A DNA stretch of 64,000 nt, from contig NC_043007.1 in NCBI RefSeq assembly GCF_006345805.1, positions 27,342,001-27,406,000 on the forward strand. Direction: 5' to 3'. The translations under genes were made by a program, and so were the position numbers. Below are positions 27,301-39,537 of the stretch, piece after piece. Numbering within the stretch: position 1 is the stretch's first letter; each line of letters begins with the position of its first letter. This DNA is from Octopus sinensis. Lineage: Eukaryota. Below the pieces are notes generated by a model, which was given only the letters and a program-made list of their open reading frames with translations, had not been told where the DNA came from and did not search any database.

Positions 27301-29160
27301 TTTAGCAAGAAACAGAATATTTCTCTGTTAAACGAACTGACTGACTGAAATGAAATAATGTAAAAATGAAAAAAAAAAACGAAACAAAAGAGACAACAAA
27401 ACATAAAAATGAATAGAAAACCATCAGACAAGTATTTACTAAACTAAACAAGTGATAATTAAAAAAAATGGCGTTCATACTTATAGTGCAGCATTACTTG
27501 TAGTGAAAGAATAATAAGTGCAGCTGCTAAAATAAATCGGTCAAATATAATGATTACGATTCTTCGTTTTTAGATTAATGCATAGTAAGGTATCAAGAAC
27601 GGAACAATTGAAATGTTGTGATTTGAAAAGCGGCTGCTGTAATATTCGTTGCTGAGCCATCATAGAGACTTGTTCGAAGATTTGTTTGTGTTTTAATGTG
27701 TGTTCACATCTAGGGCACCTTTTTAAAGCCAATCGCAGTATTTCAATTGTATTTTACCATAGTGACTCAAGAAAAATATAATGTGTGGTAGAATTTGTCG
27801 GCGGGTTTTGAGTTCAGGTAGTTAAACAAAAAAAACAAACAAACAGTGTAATAGAATATATCACAGATATCTTTTCATACGCCCTAAGGACTCTATCAAT
27901 CAGCGGCTTTGTTGGTAATTTTCAATTAAATCATTTATATTTAGTTATGATACAGTTATTGCTGGTCTGTGGTAAAATGGGGTAAAATTAATAACGTAAC
28001 AAAATGGACAAAACGAATGAATTCGGAAATAGTAGACAATATCGACAAATGCTTATGCAACTTAATCTAATAAGGAGATAAATGCCTCGTCTTACACTAC
28101 AGCACTATGATTACACGAAGATTTGTAATCTGGATTCGTGCATTTTCGATAGCAGACGACAGCTTTACGCATACAAATATAGTTAAATCCCTGTAGAAAA
28201 ATCAAATATGTACCTAAATATAAGCAGGCATATGGAAACGTGTTTATGTGTGTGTGTGTGTGACTCTGTGTGCTTGTCTATATATGAATATATATTTATG
28301 TTGTGTGTCTTCTCATGGTTTTTGAATTTCACAAGTCGTCCGGAAATTATGACTCAAGTATAATACGACATTGAACAATACAGCCTCTCCGAATGAAGCG
28401 CATAAACCATTTGTTATAAGTGTAAGTACTTAGAATATATTTAACTCTTAGAAACGTGTTCAAATATATTTATATAAGCACAGAGATTGAGGTAGATTAC
28501 CAGTGTATGCTTACCTGCACGTATTTGTTTGCTATCCAAGTGTCAATCTTGTTCTATTGATTGTAAGGACTCGATAAATGTCGCTACAATACGAAAGTAA
28601 CGCGTGATAAAACTATAAAATGAGAATAACTTTGTATAAAACATTTATTTCCATTAAGAAATATGTATTTGCAAGCACATGTTTGTCTGGGTAGGAGGTC
28701 AAATATATGTGTAGCATTGGGACTTAGGCTGATAGCAATCTGTAACAAATTGTTTTCGTGTTACTAGAATGGTAACAGTACCTGTATTTATATAAATGTT
28801 TGTGTAAACATATACATGTATTTATATGAATCAATTTAGCGTTTTGGAAGTTGTAAACTCGAAGCATATATAAAGCAATAAATAATGACGTGTAAATATT
28901 GGATTAAATATCCTTTGGATTGAATAATTTGAAGGCCTACAGATATTTACACGGAATTATTTATAGTTTTGCATATGACTCGAGTTTCAATGTTGCAAAG
29001 TAATTATTTCTCACATTCTCGAGATGTCCACATTATCATGGCTTCACTAATATAAATATATCCGTGCATATATATAAGCATAAAGAGGATGAAATGGAAC
29101 AATAAATTTAGAATATTTCAAATCATTTTAATTGAAAGACACATAACAGATATATGTATG

Positions 29161-29199
<39 letters not shown>

Positions 29200-29205
<6 letters not shown>

Positions 29206-29412
29206 ATCCAAACATGAAAACACAAAGAAAGAACACAACAACGCGAGGACGTGGAACAAATATAGTATTATTGGACGCTCAGAAAGGAAGGGAAGAAGGA
29301 GGGTTTTACGTTTCGAGCGGAGCTCTTCGTCGGAAACATAGGAGAAGGAAAGATCCAGAGAAGGGAAGATGGAGGAAAAAAATCGCCACCAGTACACACG
29401 CGGTCACATTTT
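29200..29412 (-). mobile_element. Short (TA)n-embedded element carrying a minimal hammerhead-like motif
   Basis: Flanked by (TA)n; homologous to 32950-33165 and 35945-36040. Minus 29303-29337 reads GTTT CCGACGA A GAGC TCC GCTC GAAA CG TA AAAC. Confidence 0.7.
29303..29337 (-). ncRNA. Candidate minimal type-I hammerhead ribozyme (variant core)
   Basis: Stem I GTTT/AAAC; core CCGACGA (U4C vs CUGANGA) plus an extra A; stem II GAGC/GCTC; GAAA; palindromic ACGT stem III; UA cleavage site. Activity not shown. Confidence 0.55.
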
Positions 29413-30371
29413 GAAATATATATATATGCATGTATGTATATATGTATGTATGTATGTATGTGCGTGTGTCTATGTACGTGTGTATATGTGTATATTAATA
29501 CCTTTGTGTTTGCGCTTGCTGATCACTCCGATTCACAATTGGTGTTGTTTTAATTACGTCCTCTTAATCTAGCGGCTCTGCGAAAGTAACCAAAATAATA
29601 ACTATCAGACGAATAGGAGAAAAAAATAAGTACTTGGGGGTCGGTTTGTTTGAGTAATCCATTGAAGCCCATCAACCAATAAAATTTCAAAGATTCTATG
29701 AAACACGAAATGCTCGAAAAATGGTTTATTAGTTTTTCTTTTAAGAGTATAAGTTAAGAAAAATATCATCACCCAACGCGCTGACTTTCATGTGAAGTCT
29801 TGAAAAATGGAAGCATTATTTTCATGTTGTAGACATTACGGAATTACAATCTGCAACAGTCTTACGAAATTCTAAATTTTGCTTTGAAGAATTTAAAGAA
29901 TAATTTCAAAAAATAAACAGCAACGTTAAATCCAATTCTTCATAAATATATTTTCATATCAAGAACATGATAAAGAAAAAACATGGTGTAATGGTTTTAT
30001 TAGTTCTTAAAGTATTGGATATATATATATCTTCAGAGATGGAAACAATAGTACTGTGTGTTGCTTTACATTCCAAAAGTATACAGATATGTTCCATCAA
30101 CGTTATAAGGATTTAAATGCAAGTATGAATACAGAATCTTTGTTATATATTTCTACAGTTTTATTCTTAATCTTGTATTATGTTCGTAGAAGCATCGATA
30201 TTTATTCTGATGCGAAACAGATCAAAAATATTTAACACTAAATAATTTCTCATTACACTAAAATTAGTTTTAAAATTCCAGATTCTGAATCTCTCGTGGT
30301 ATTTAAAAATTGTTTACAAAAAATGCTTAAGGAGAGTTTTAGAAATCTACGCTTAAACGAATACTCTCTCT

Positions 30372-30768
30372 CTCTTTTACTCTTTTACTTATTTCAGTCA
30401 TTTGATTGCGGCCATGCTGGAGCACCGCCTTTAGTTGAGCAAATCAACCCCGGGACTTATTCTTTGTAAGCCAAGTACTTATTATATCGGTCTCTTTTGC
30501 CGAACCGCTAGGTGACGGGGACGTAAACACACCAGCATCGGTTGTCAAGCAATGCTAGGGGGACAAACACATACACACACATACACATATATATATACAT
30601 ATATACGACAGGCTTCTTTCAGTTTCTGTCTACCAAATCCACTCACAAGGCATTGGCCGGCCCGCGGCTATAGCAGAAGACACTTGCCCAAGATGCCACG
30701 CAGTGGGACTCTACCCGGAACCATGTGGTTGGTTAGCAAGCTACTTACCACACAGCCACTCCTGCGCC
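30372..30768 (-). mobile_element. SINE family A, full length
   Basis: Reverse complement of the family consensus, ending CACAGCCACTCCTGCGCC. Confidence 0.92.
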
Positions 30769-31080
30769 TATCGATCATAAATTCAATATGGTTCTGTTTT
30801 TCTAATCGTGCGGCTATGCACAACCATGCACAACACATAATATTAGTCAGGAGATATGTATCCCACGGATAAAGTACACATTTTATTATACTACATTATT
30901 TTTATTACACCGCATTTATCTCTCGTGGATCACGTGACGCTTCCATTTTTTATTATTTTTTTGCAATTTGCTTTTATTGTTATTTTAATTTTAAGTTTAA
31001 TATTTCTATTATAGGTAATTTTCTAGATGGTGTAATTTAATTGTTCGTTTGAATTGATAAAAGGTGTTTTTATCCTAATT

Positions 31081-31144
<64 letters not shown>

Positions 31145-31170
31145 CAATATGTTACATTACTCGGTAGTCA

Positions 31171-31232
31171 AGATAAAACTCTGAGTTTCAGATGCCGAAG
31201 TGGAATCCACAACACCATCTCTTCGGTTATCT
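31171..31232 (-). ncRNA. Candidate type-I hammerhead ribozyme in the PLE 3' UTR (second copy on + at 32558-32620)
   Basis: AGATAA CCGAAGA GATG...CATC T GAAA C TCAGA G TT TTATCT: 6-bp stem I, extended stem II hairpin, palindromic AACTC-A-GAGTT stem III. Deviations are U4C and an extra U before GAAA. Confidence 0.5.
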
Positions 31233-31749
31233 GGCTATTTGAAAACGTTATGAAAAATACCGTTAAAAATGAAGGGAAATTACTCTGTTATAACTCTGCT
31301 TTGCCTGCGTACTTATACATCGCTCGCATTTTTCGTCATAAAAATTATATAAAAATACATAAAAATATATAAAAATATATAAAAATATATAAAATCTTCT
31401 TGGGACATAACACAGAAAGCATGTTCTATCCGTTTTCTTTAGGGGACCAAAAACGTAACAGAAATTTAGTCACATGTGGGCATGATCCGAAAAGCTCTGT
31501 CCTTGTATTTAGACATGTGGTAGGGTCTAAGCTGCTTTTCCAGATAAGCCATCTCTCCATGTCGCATAAACCGCACCTTCCGCTGCCGTTAGTATAGGGC
31601 TTACATCTGGCCAAAATCTTCCATTGTATGTTATAATCGACACCTTTATCTCTTAAAGACCAAATATGATTGGATAATTGTGTCGCTTTTCTTTTGTTCC
31701 AGTGCCTAAAGCTCAAAGTGTGGTTATTGAACCTGGCCTTGAAATTACG

Positions 31750-32358
31750 CCCCCTTACTCACCCGAGGTGGCCTTCAATATAGGTAAATATTTCCTAGCA
31801 CTGATAGATAGACATTTTCCAGTTAACCATGCTTATAGGAAACTCTTTAATAGACACAATTTAAAAATTAGTTTTAGTTCAACTACCAATTTTAAAAACA
31901 TAATCAATCATAACATACAAAAAACACAAGAAGAAAACAGCTGTTCATGCAGGAATAAAGAATTGTGCCCGCTAAATGGAGCTTGCATGTCCAAGACCAT
32001 CATATATGAAGCTACCGTAAACTCTATAACCACTAAAGACGCCGTTTCGACGAAGAAATACGTGGGCCTGACAGAGGGTAATTTCAAGGCCAGGTTCAAT
32101 AACCACACTTTGAGCTTTAGGCACTGGAACAAAAGAAAAGCGACACAATTATCCAATCATATTTGGTCTTTAAGAGATAAAGGTGTCGATTATACATACA
32201 ATGGAAGATTTTGGCCAGATGTAAGCCCTATACTAACGGCAGCGGAGGTGCGGTTTATGCGACATGGAGAGATGGCTTATCTGGAAAAGCAGCTTAGACC
32301 CTACCACATGTCTAAATACAAGGACAGAGCTTTTCGGATCATGCCCACATGTGACTAA
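31750..32358 (+). pseudogene. PLE linker plus GIY-YIG endonuclease C-terminus (frameshifted in this arm; intact C-terminal frame on the minus strand at 31426-31716)
   Basis: IIY...YVG GIY-YIG motif, Arg in KARF, Glu in MERW, Asn in LNTR. Two 1-nt deletions relative to the inverted arm (GATTATACATAC vs GATTATAACATAC; GCGGAGGTG vs GCGGAAGGTG). The N-terminal part of track ORF 31678 is just the antisense arm. Confidence 0.9.
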
Positions 32359-32949
32359 ATTTCTGTTACGTTTTTGGTCCCCTAAAGAAAACGGATAGAA
32401 CATATTTTTATATATTTTTATATATTTTTATGTATTTTTATATAATTTTTATGACGAAAAATGCGAGCGATGTATAAGTACGCAGGCAAAGCAGAGTTAT
32501 AACAGAGTAATTTCCCTTCATTTTAACGGTATTTTTTCATAACGTTTTCAAATAGCCAGATAACCGAAAAGATGGTGTTGTGGATTTCCACTTCGGCATC
32601 TGAAACTCAGAGTTTTATCTTGACTACCGAGTAATGTAACATATTGTATAGATAAATTTCCTCTATTTACATAATATTGAGGTCTCTTTCTTTCTTTTGT
32701 TATCTTACCGTTTTATCAATATATATATATATATATCTATATATATATATATTATATTATATTGTGTGAAATTTGATTTAGTATTTCTAAATTAAATTTT
32801 TCCCTGTAAGTTGGGATTTATTTTCCCTCAAATAATAATTATATATATATATATATATATATAGATATATATATATTATATATATATATATATATAATAT
32901 ATATATATTTTTATATTTTACTTGTTTCAGCCCTCGGATTATTACATGC

Positions 32950-33161
32950 ATTAAAAAACAAGAAAAACAGACAAGAAAAAACACAACAAACTGAGAACGT
33001 AGAACATGCAGAGTAGTATTAAGGCGCTCAGAGAAAGAAAAGAGTGGTTCTTTTATGTTTTGACAATAGCTCTACTTTGGAAACAGGGCACATAGGAAAG
33101 TCGAAATAAAGAGGAAGAAGGATAGAGAAATTCGCCAACAGTCCACGCGTACTTACAGCTT

Positions 33162-33165
<4 letters not shown>
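32950..33165 (-). mobile_element. Degenerate copy of the 29200-29412 element
   Basis: Shared CACAACAA..GAG.ACGT.GAAC...GTATTA..GG.GCTCAGA and AATCGCCA.CAGT.CAC; hammerhead region decayed. Confidence 0.65.
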
Positions 33166-33222
<57 letters not shown>

Positions 33223-33887
33223 GGAATATTATGCCAAACTTACAGGGAAAAATTCAATTTAGAAATATTGAATATTGAATTGATTTTACTGTTATCATTT
33301 CTTAATATATTGTTATTTTGCACATTACTTAATCATTGGTATATATTTTATCTTACATTTACTCTTTCTATAAGATGTAATTTTTTTCTAAATGTTATAA
33401 TTTAATATTTTCATTATTGAATTGATAAAAATGTGTTTTTCTAATAAGTATATATATAGTTGTCAAAGTGTTAGCTTACTGCCTATTACCAGGTTTGATT
33501 TAGACGTCAACCTCGGATATAAAAAGATGTTTAAAATACTTCTATTTGTGATTTCTTTCTATCGTAACCTTTAATACTTAATGCCACTTGAGAATAAATG
33601 TCGTAGGCTATACTGTATCCAGAATGTTTATGCTTAAAGCCATGTCTTCCTGAAGCTAATGACATGACATCCATTGCAATACCTCTGTTAACAGTGCGTT
33701 ATCTTTTGTATCGTGTCTCTTCGTTTAAATATTTCCAAAATGCTGTCTGAAACAATATTCTGTTGCACACCACTGTTAGTTTTTGTAATGTATAGCCCAC
33801 GGTAAAACAATTCATATCGTGTATTTCAATATTTCTTTATTTGCTGTCTTGAACATTTTATACATACACATATGCAAATATATATAT

Positions 33888-33918
<31 letters not shown>

Positions 33919-33953
33919 TTGTATATATGTATGTATGTATATATGTATGTATA

Positions 33954-34009
<56 letters not shown>

Positions 34010-34629
34010 AGTGTGTATGTATGTATGTATATATATATATATATATATGTATGTATATATATATGTATGTATCTATCTATCTATCTATGCACACATATAT
34101 ATTCTCGCAGTTTGCCTCCGCTCATTCGCTTTGTTGAATGCCATCTTGTTAATTTATGTGAAGGAATTCGCGTTTATTTTTTGCTTGTTTCTCTTCCTTT
34201 CCGCGATAACAGCTCTGACGTTTCTCTTCTTTCCACTGCTGTGGTATCTTTTTGTGAGATTTTAAACACGAAGAACAAAGAGGTATTAAAGTAAAAGCAG
34301 AAAAATAAACTTGTTTAGTCACGATTAATTATCAAATATCAAATTGTTTTACGAATATTAGTGTTTTTTACTCTAGTTTCTTTATTAGTTTATAAGTTCA
34401 TCAAGACAGACTTCTACGAGCATAGGAACACATACAAACGACAATGAGCATTGCTTTAAAGAAAATGAAGACTGTGCATACAGATAATGATCATGGTATG
34501 TATCAAATATTTCCAGCAAATTCTTTAACATAAATATACGACAGATATACCAGCATTTTAAAACCTTATTCGCACAATACTAACTCCTGCATACAATCTA
34601 TAATGCAGCACTTTCATATGTACGTGTGG

Positions 34630-34671
<42 letters not shown>

Positions 34672-34916
34672 GTAAAGAAAGAGGAGAGTAGTGAATTATA
34701 TATATAAAATTCTACTTTCCTGTCGAAAAGAAGTGAGGAGTAGAATTAAAGCTGAAGTGGTTTTATGTAAAGCAGAGGCCAAATGTTTAGTTTTTCAATA
34801 CTTATTTTCGCAAAATATTCTTTCAAACAAGGATAAGATTCACATTCTAAAGTTAACTTTGCGTAAAGATTGCAATCGAAATTAGAAAAGTAGATAATGT
34901 AATTACACAGACACAG

Positions 34917-34949
<33 letters not shown>

Positions 34950-35057
34950 ATATATACACACACACACACACACATATATATATAATATATATATAATATA
35001 TATATATATATATTATATATATATATATATATATAATATATATATATACATATATTA

Positions 35058-35190
35058 TGAGAATTTACAAAAAGACGAAGACGGGCGTGTAAACAACAAA
35101 CACATGTATTAGTTTAACGCTCGGGAAATGAGAAAGTATTTTACGTTTCGAGCTCTCCCACGGAAGGGGCTCTCCCACAGGAAGGAATCT
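35058..35190 (-). mobile_element. Copy of the 1104-1256 element with a rearranged hammerhead region
   Basis: AAAAGACGAAGAC.GG..TGTA...GTATTAGT.TAACGCTC.GGAA...TTTTACGTTTCGAGC; flanked by (TA)n. Confidence 0.65.
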
Positions 35191-35202
35191 ATATATATAC
35201 AT

Positions 35203-35277
<75 letters not shown>

Positions 35278-35426
35278 ACGTATGTATATATATATATATC
35301 GGTCTGTGACCTCGTGTGTATCTCGTGTATATATATATATAAATTAATAATAAATATTAGGGAATAAATCCAAACTTACAGGGAAAAATCAGATTTATGA
35401 TTGAATCCAATTTTATAGTAAAATAT

Positions 35427-35695
35427 TATATTATATTAAATTAGAGATAAAACTACTATTAGGCGAATCAAACAATGAAAAACTTAAGCCAATACATAAA
35501 ATTAATTAATTTATATTATTTTAAATATATATTAAAAGTATTAATAGTTTAATAAAAGATAATCTTTTATTAAACTATTAATACTTTTAATATATATTTA
35601 AAATAATATAAATTAATTAATTTTATGTATTGGCTTAAGTTTTTCATTGTTTGATTCGCCTAATAGTGATTTTATCTCTAATTTAATATAATATA
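35427..35695. repeat. Near-perfect 269-bp AT-rich palindrome (134-bp arms, 1-nt centre at 35561)
   Basis: Centre AATAAAAGAT-A-ATCTTTTATT. The only difference I found is a 2-nt mismatch (TAGTAGTTTT vs TAGTGATTTT). Confidence 0.92.
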
Positions 35696-36295
35696 TGCAT
35701 ATATATATGTATGTATATATATATGTATATATATATATATATAATATATATATATATTATATATATATATAGCATTAATAAAAGAGGAGATGAAATGTGT
35801 AATTAATTTTATTGGGTACAACTCTCTTAGACCCATAAATCTACGGATAACAATAAGCAATCAAAAGTCTGCCGGTGCTTTACTCAGCTTCCATTTATAC
35901 ATTTTGGACAATTTCTCTATTATATATATATATATATATATACAATGCGAGGACGTAGAACAAGTATAGTGTTATTGGACACTCAGGAAAGGTCCAAGGA
36001 AGAGAAGACGGAGAAAGAAAATCGCCAACGATACACACTTTCCGTTTTTCTGTCGTCTTCTTTTTCTGTTTTTTTTTCTTTTGGCCAGTTATAAAATTGT
36101 AACTTAAAAACTGATAATTTCATTCCGTCAAGGTGTGCACGCTGATTGCTCTCGTTCATACTTTACTTTTAAATTTCTATAATTTTGAATTTTTATCACT
36201 TCTTATTTTGAACTTGACAAATACAGACTTACAACTGAAATATCGTTCAACCAGTAACATATCTTACAATCGAATCGTGCCCTTCGTCTTGACTA

Positions 36296-36334
36296 TTATT
36301 GTTATTGTTATTATCATTCTTCTTCTTCTTCTTC

Positions 36335-36365
<31 letters not shown>

Positions 36366-36395
36366 CATTATTATTACTACTACTACTACTACTAC

Positions 36396-36458
<63 letters not shown>

Positions 36459-36480
36459 CAGTAGTATCATTGATGATGAT
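36296..36480. repeat. Compound trinucleotide array (TAT/TCT/ACT/AGT)
   Basis: Direct reading; source of the poly-I/T/S/L/V ORFs. Confidence 0.95.
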
Positions 36481-36745
36481 TTGACTCAGGCGCGTTCTTT
36501 TTCTTGGTAGAATGTATGTGATAAGAGAGTTCTGTAATCTTAGCTATCCACAAGCTTTCAGTAGCCTTTCAAGTGTTGGAAACACTATTGTTAATCTTTA
36601 TTGTCCCTAACAAGCAAAGTTTCTATAGAAGCTATACTGGACATTCTACTCCAATCTCCTTCAAGAATTTGTCGATATATTTGGTTACAGTTTGCAATGC
36701 ACCAATTGTTACATGCACAACTTCTAAGGTGTTCATAATCGAAAT
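36481..36745 (-). mobile_element. R4/Dong-like (restriction-like endonuclease) non-LTR element, decayed 3' end
   Basis: Minus translation NTLEVVHVTIGALQTVTKYIDKFLKEIGVECPV*LL*KLCLLGTIKINNSVSNT* matches the RLE-clade C-terminal signature V.PVVIGALGTV...LQK..LLGT.RI...L. It is followed directly by the trinucleotide array. Confidence 0.7.
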
Positions 36746-37053
36746 TATTATTGTGACAAATATAAGAGAAATAAATAGAAGTATACGAAAACTAATGACA
36801 ACTTTTATGAGAGTAATAATAATGGCTTCAAATTTTAGCACAAGACTGGCAATTTCAGAGGGGGAGTTAGGTCGATTTCAACGACCCTTCTACTCAACTG
36901 CTACTTATTTACTCGAAACGGAAAGGATGACAAGTAAAGCAAACTCGGTAAAATTTGAACGTAAAAAGTGAAGACTGACAAAATGACGCAAATTATTTCA
37001 TTTCGCCTGTATTGCTAACGATTCTGCCAGCTCACTGCATTTATGAGAATATT

Positions 37054-37455
37054 AATAATCCTTCCTACTATAGGCACAAGGCCGGAAATTTGGGGGGAGG
37101 GGGAAGACGATTGCATCAACCCTAGTGCTTGACTGGTACTTAATTTATCGATCCCCGAAAGAATAAAACGTAAAGTCGACCTCGACGGATTTTTTATCTC
37201 AGAACGTAACGGCAGACGGAATACCTATTTCTTTACTACCCACAAGGAGCTACACACAGAGGGGACAAACACGGGTAGATAAACAAATTAAGTCGATTGT
37301 ATAGACCCCAGTGCGTAACTGATACTTAATTTATCGACCCCGAAAGGATGAACGGCAAAGTTGACCTCGGCGGAAATTGAACTCAGAACGTAGCAGCAGA
37401 CAAAATACGGCTACGCATTTCGCCCGGTGTGCTAAAATTTCTGCTAGCTTGCCAG
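37054..37455 (-). mobile_element. SINE family B dimer (plus degenerate copies at 36880-37030 and 37580-37650)
   Basis: Two cores joined at the AAAGAAATAG|GTATT junction (37219-37233). Confidence 0.88.
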
Positions 37456-38499
37456 ATTACAAGAGTAGTAATAATATTAGTAGCATTTATTGAAAATGGT
37501 TTTTGGTTCCAGTACAAAGCGAGAAGATCCGAAGGGAAGTAAGCTTGTCGATACCGTCGAATCCAGTTTTAGAATAGGACTTCAAGTTATCAATCCTGGA
37601 TGGATGAATGACAAAAATGTCCACGAGGGGTTTCGAAATCAGAACGTAAATAATAAACAAATGTGTATATAGAGCAGAAGGAAATATACTTGTCATGACA
37701 TGTTGCTAGGCTTTTCTCGTTCAATGTTACCGTGCATCTATTCTAAGAATCTGCCATTGCAATCGAATGATATTTTTACATTCTTCAATAATATCCGTTT
37801 AATCCGAAACGGATCTGGTTTGGGATTAACTGATTATACGATTGCACATTTGTGTATTAAATAGCCATTATATTCAATGCCATTACGACGTTTATTTGCA
37901 TTCGGTCTCTCAGGTTAAATGATTTTCAATATGTATATATATATATATATATATATAGATACACTGGAACGCATTAACTGTTTCTTAAGCATTAGAGCTT
38001 GTAATGCAGGCCATTGGGGACGTTTCTCTTTTGACCCTCTAATAAAAGTGAATTCCCTAATGATGTTTAGTAATCTGAAGAAGATTTATATCGACAACAC
38101 CTTACCCGTCCTTGTGACATGTTGCTAAACTAAAGATGAAAATAACATTTTGGTGATGAATGTCACTTATAAATTTCTGAAAGGTGGTAACTAAGAGGAA
38201 CGATACACTGCTTTGCTAATCCTGTAGACACATTATGTACAGTTAATGTAGTTAATCTGAAACAACGTGACGTAATCCGATCCATCAACTAGCATTGATA
38301 TGCAATGAAAATATGAATTTCAAAGTTTTGCACAAGGCCAGTAATTTCAGTGGAGGAGTGCTCAATTGGTACATATTTTATCGAGCCCCATTGGATGAAA
38401 ATTAAAATCGACATCTGCTGAATTTGAAACCAGATCGATATAATGCGTTTATATCCAGGAGTGGTAAGTCCTGCCAAGACAATGAAAATATTATTTTCT

Positions 38500-38950
38500 A
38501 CTCTTGACACAAGGCCCGACATTTTGGGGGAGGGGACCAGTCGATTAGATCGACCCCAAAACGCAACTGGTACTTAACATATCGACCAAAAAGGATGAAA
38601 GGTAAAGTCGACCTCCGCAGAATTTGAACCCAGAGAGTAAAAACAGACGAAATACCTATTTCTTTACTACCCATAGGGGACTAAACACAGAGGAGACAAA
38701 CAAGGACAGACAGACGGATTAAGTCGATTATATCGACCCCAGTACGTAACTGGTACTTATTTATCGACCCCGAAATGATGAAAGCAAAGTTGACCTCGGC
38801 GGAATTTGAACACAGAACGTTATGGCAGACGAAATACAGCTAAGCACTTCGCCCGGCGTGCTAACGTTCCTTATTTCTTTATTGCCCACAAAGGGCTAAA
38901 CATAGAGGGAGACAAAAAAGGATTAACAAGGACAGACAACCAAGGAGAGA
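38500..38950 (-). mobile_element. SINE family B multimer (degenerate copy also at 38322-38455)
   Basis: Repeated cores with junctions at about 38655 and 38872. Confidence 0.88.
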
Positions 38951-39122
38951 CATGCCGGACAATATATGTGGGATCTACCCGCCAGTCGACACATAAATTT
39001 CAAGCATGTAACTATTGATTGTTACGGTAGTAGATAAAACACATCACATATTTCAATCCGGATTACTTTATATACACAGGAAACAATTATTAACTTGTTT
39101 TGTGAAAGTGTACGGGATATAA

Positions 39123-39331
39123 CTCTTTTTACTTTACTTGCTTCAGTCATTTTACTGCGGCCATGCTGGAGCACCGCCTTTAGTCGAGCAAATCGACCCC
39201 GGGACTTATTCTTTGTACGCCCAATACTTATTCTATCGGTCTCTTTTGCCGAACCGCTAAGTGACGGGGACGTAAACACACCAGCATCGGTTGTCAAGCA
39301 ATGCTAGGGGGGGACAAACACAGACACACAA

Positions 39332-39366
<35 letters not shown>

Positions 39367-39537
39367 CATATATACGACAGGCTTCTTTCAGTTTCCGTCT
39401 ACCAAATCCACTCACAAGGCATTGGTCGGCCCGGGGCTATAGCAGAAGACACTTGCCCAAGATGCCACGCAGTGGGACTGAACCCGGAACCATGTGGTTG
39501 GTAAGCAAGCTACTTACTACACAGCCACTCCTGCGCC
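39123..39537 (-). mobile_element. SINE family A, full length, near consensus
   Basis: Reverse complement of 42-534. Confidence 0.93.

Larger units (their letters stand above)
31141..32720 (+). mobile_element. 5'-truncated Penelope-like retroelement (GIY-YIG) with inverted duplicate of its 3' end
   Basis: 31141-31748 is the reverse complement of 32078-32650. The body encodes PPYSPEVAFNIGKYFL...CSCRNKELCPLNGAC...IIYEAT...KYVGLTEGNFKARFNNH...CGLCDMERWL...LNTRTE. Bounded by (TA)n. Confidence 0.92.
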
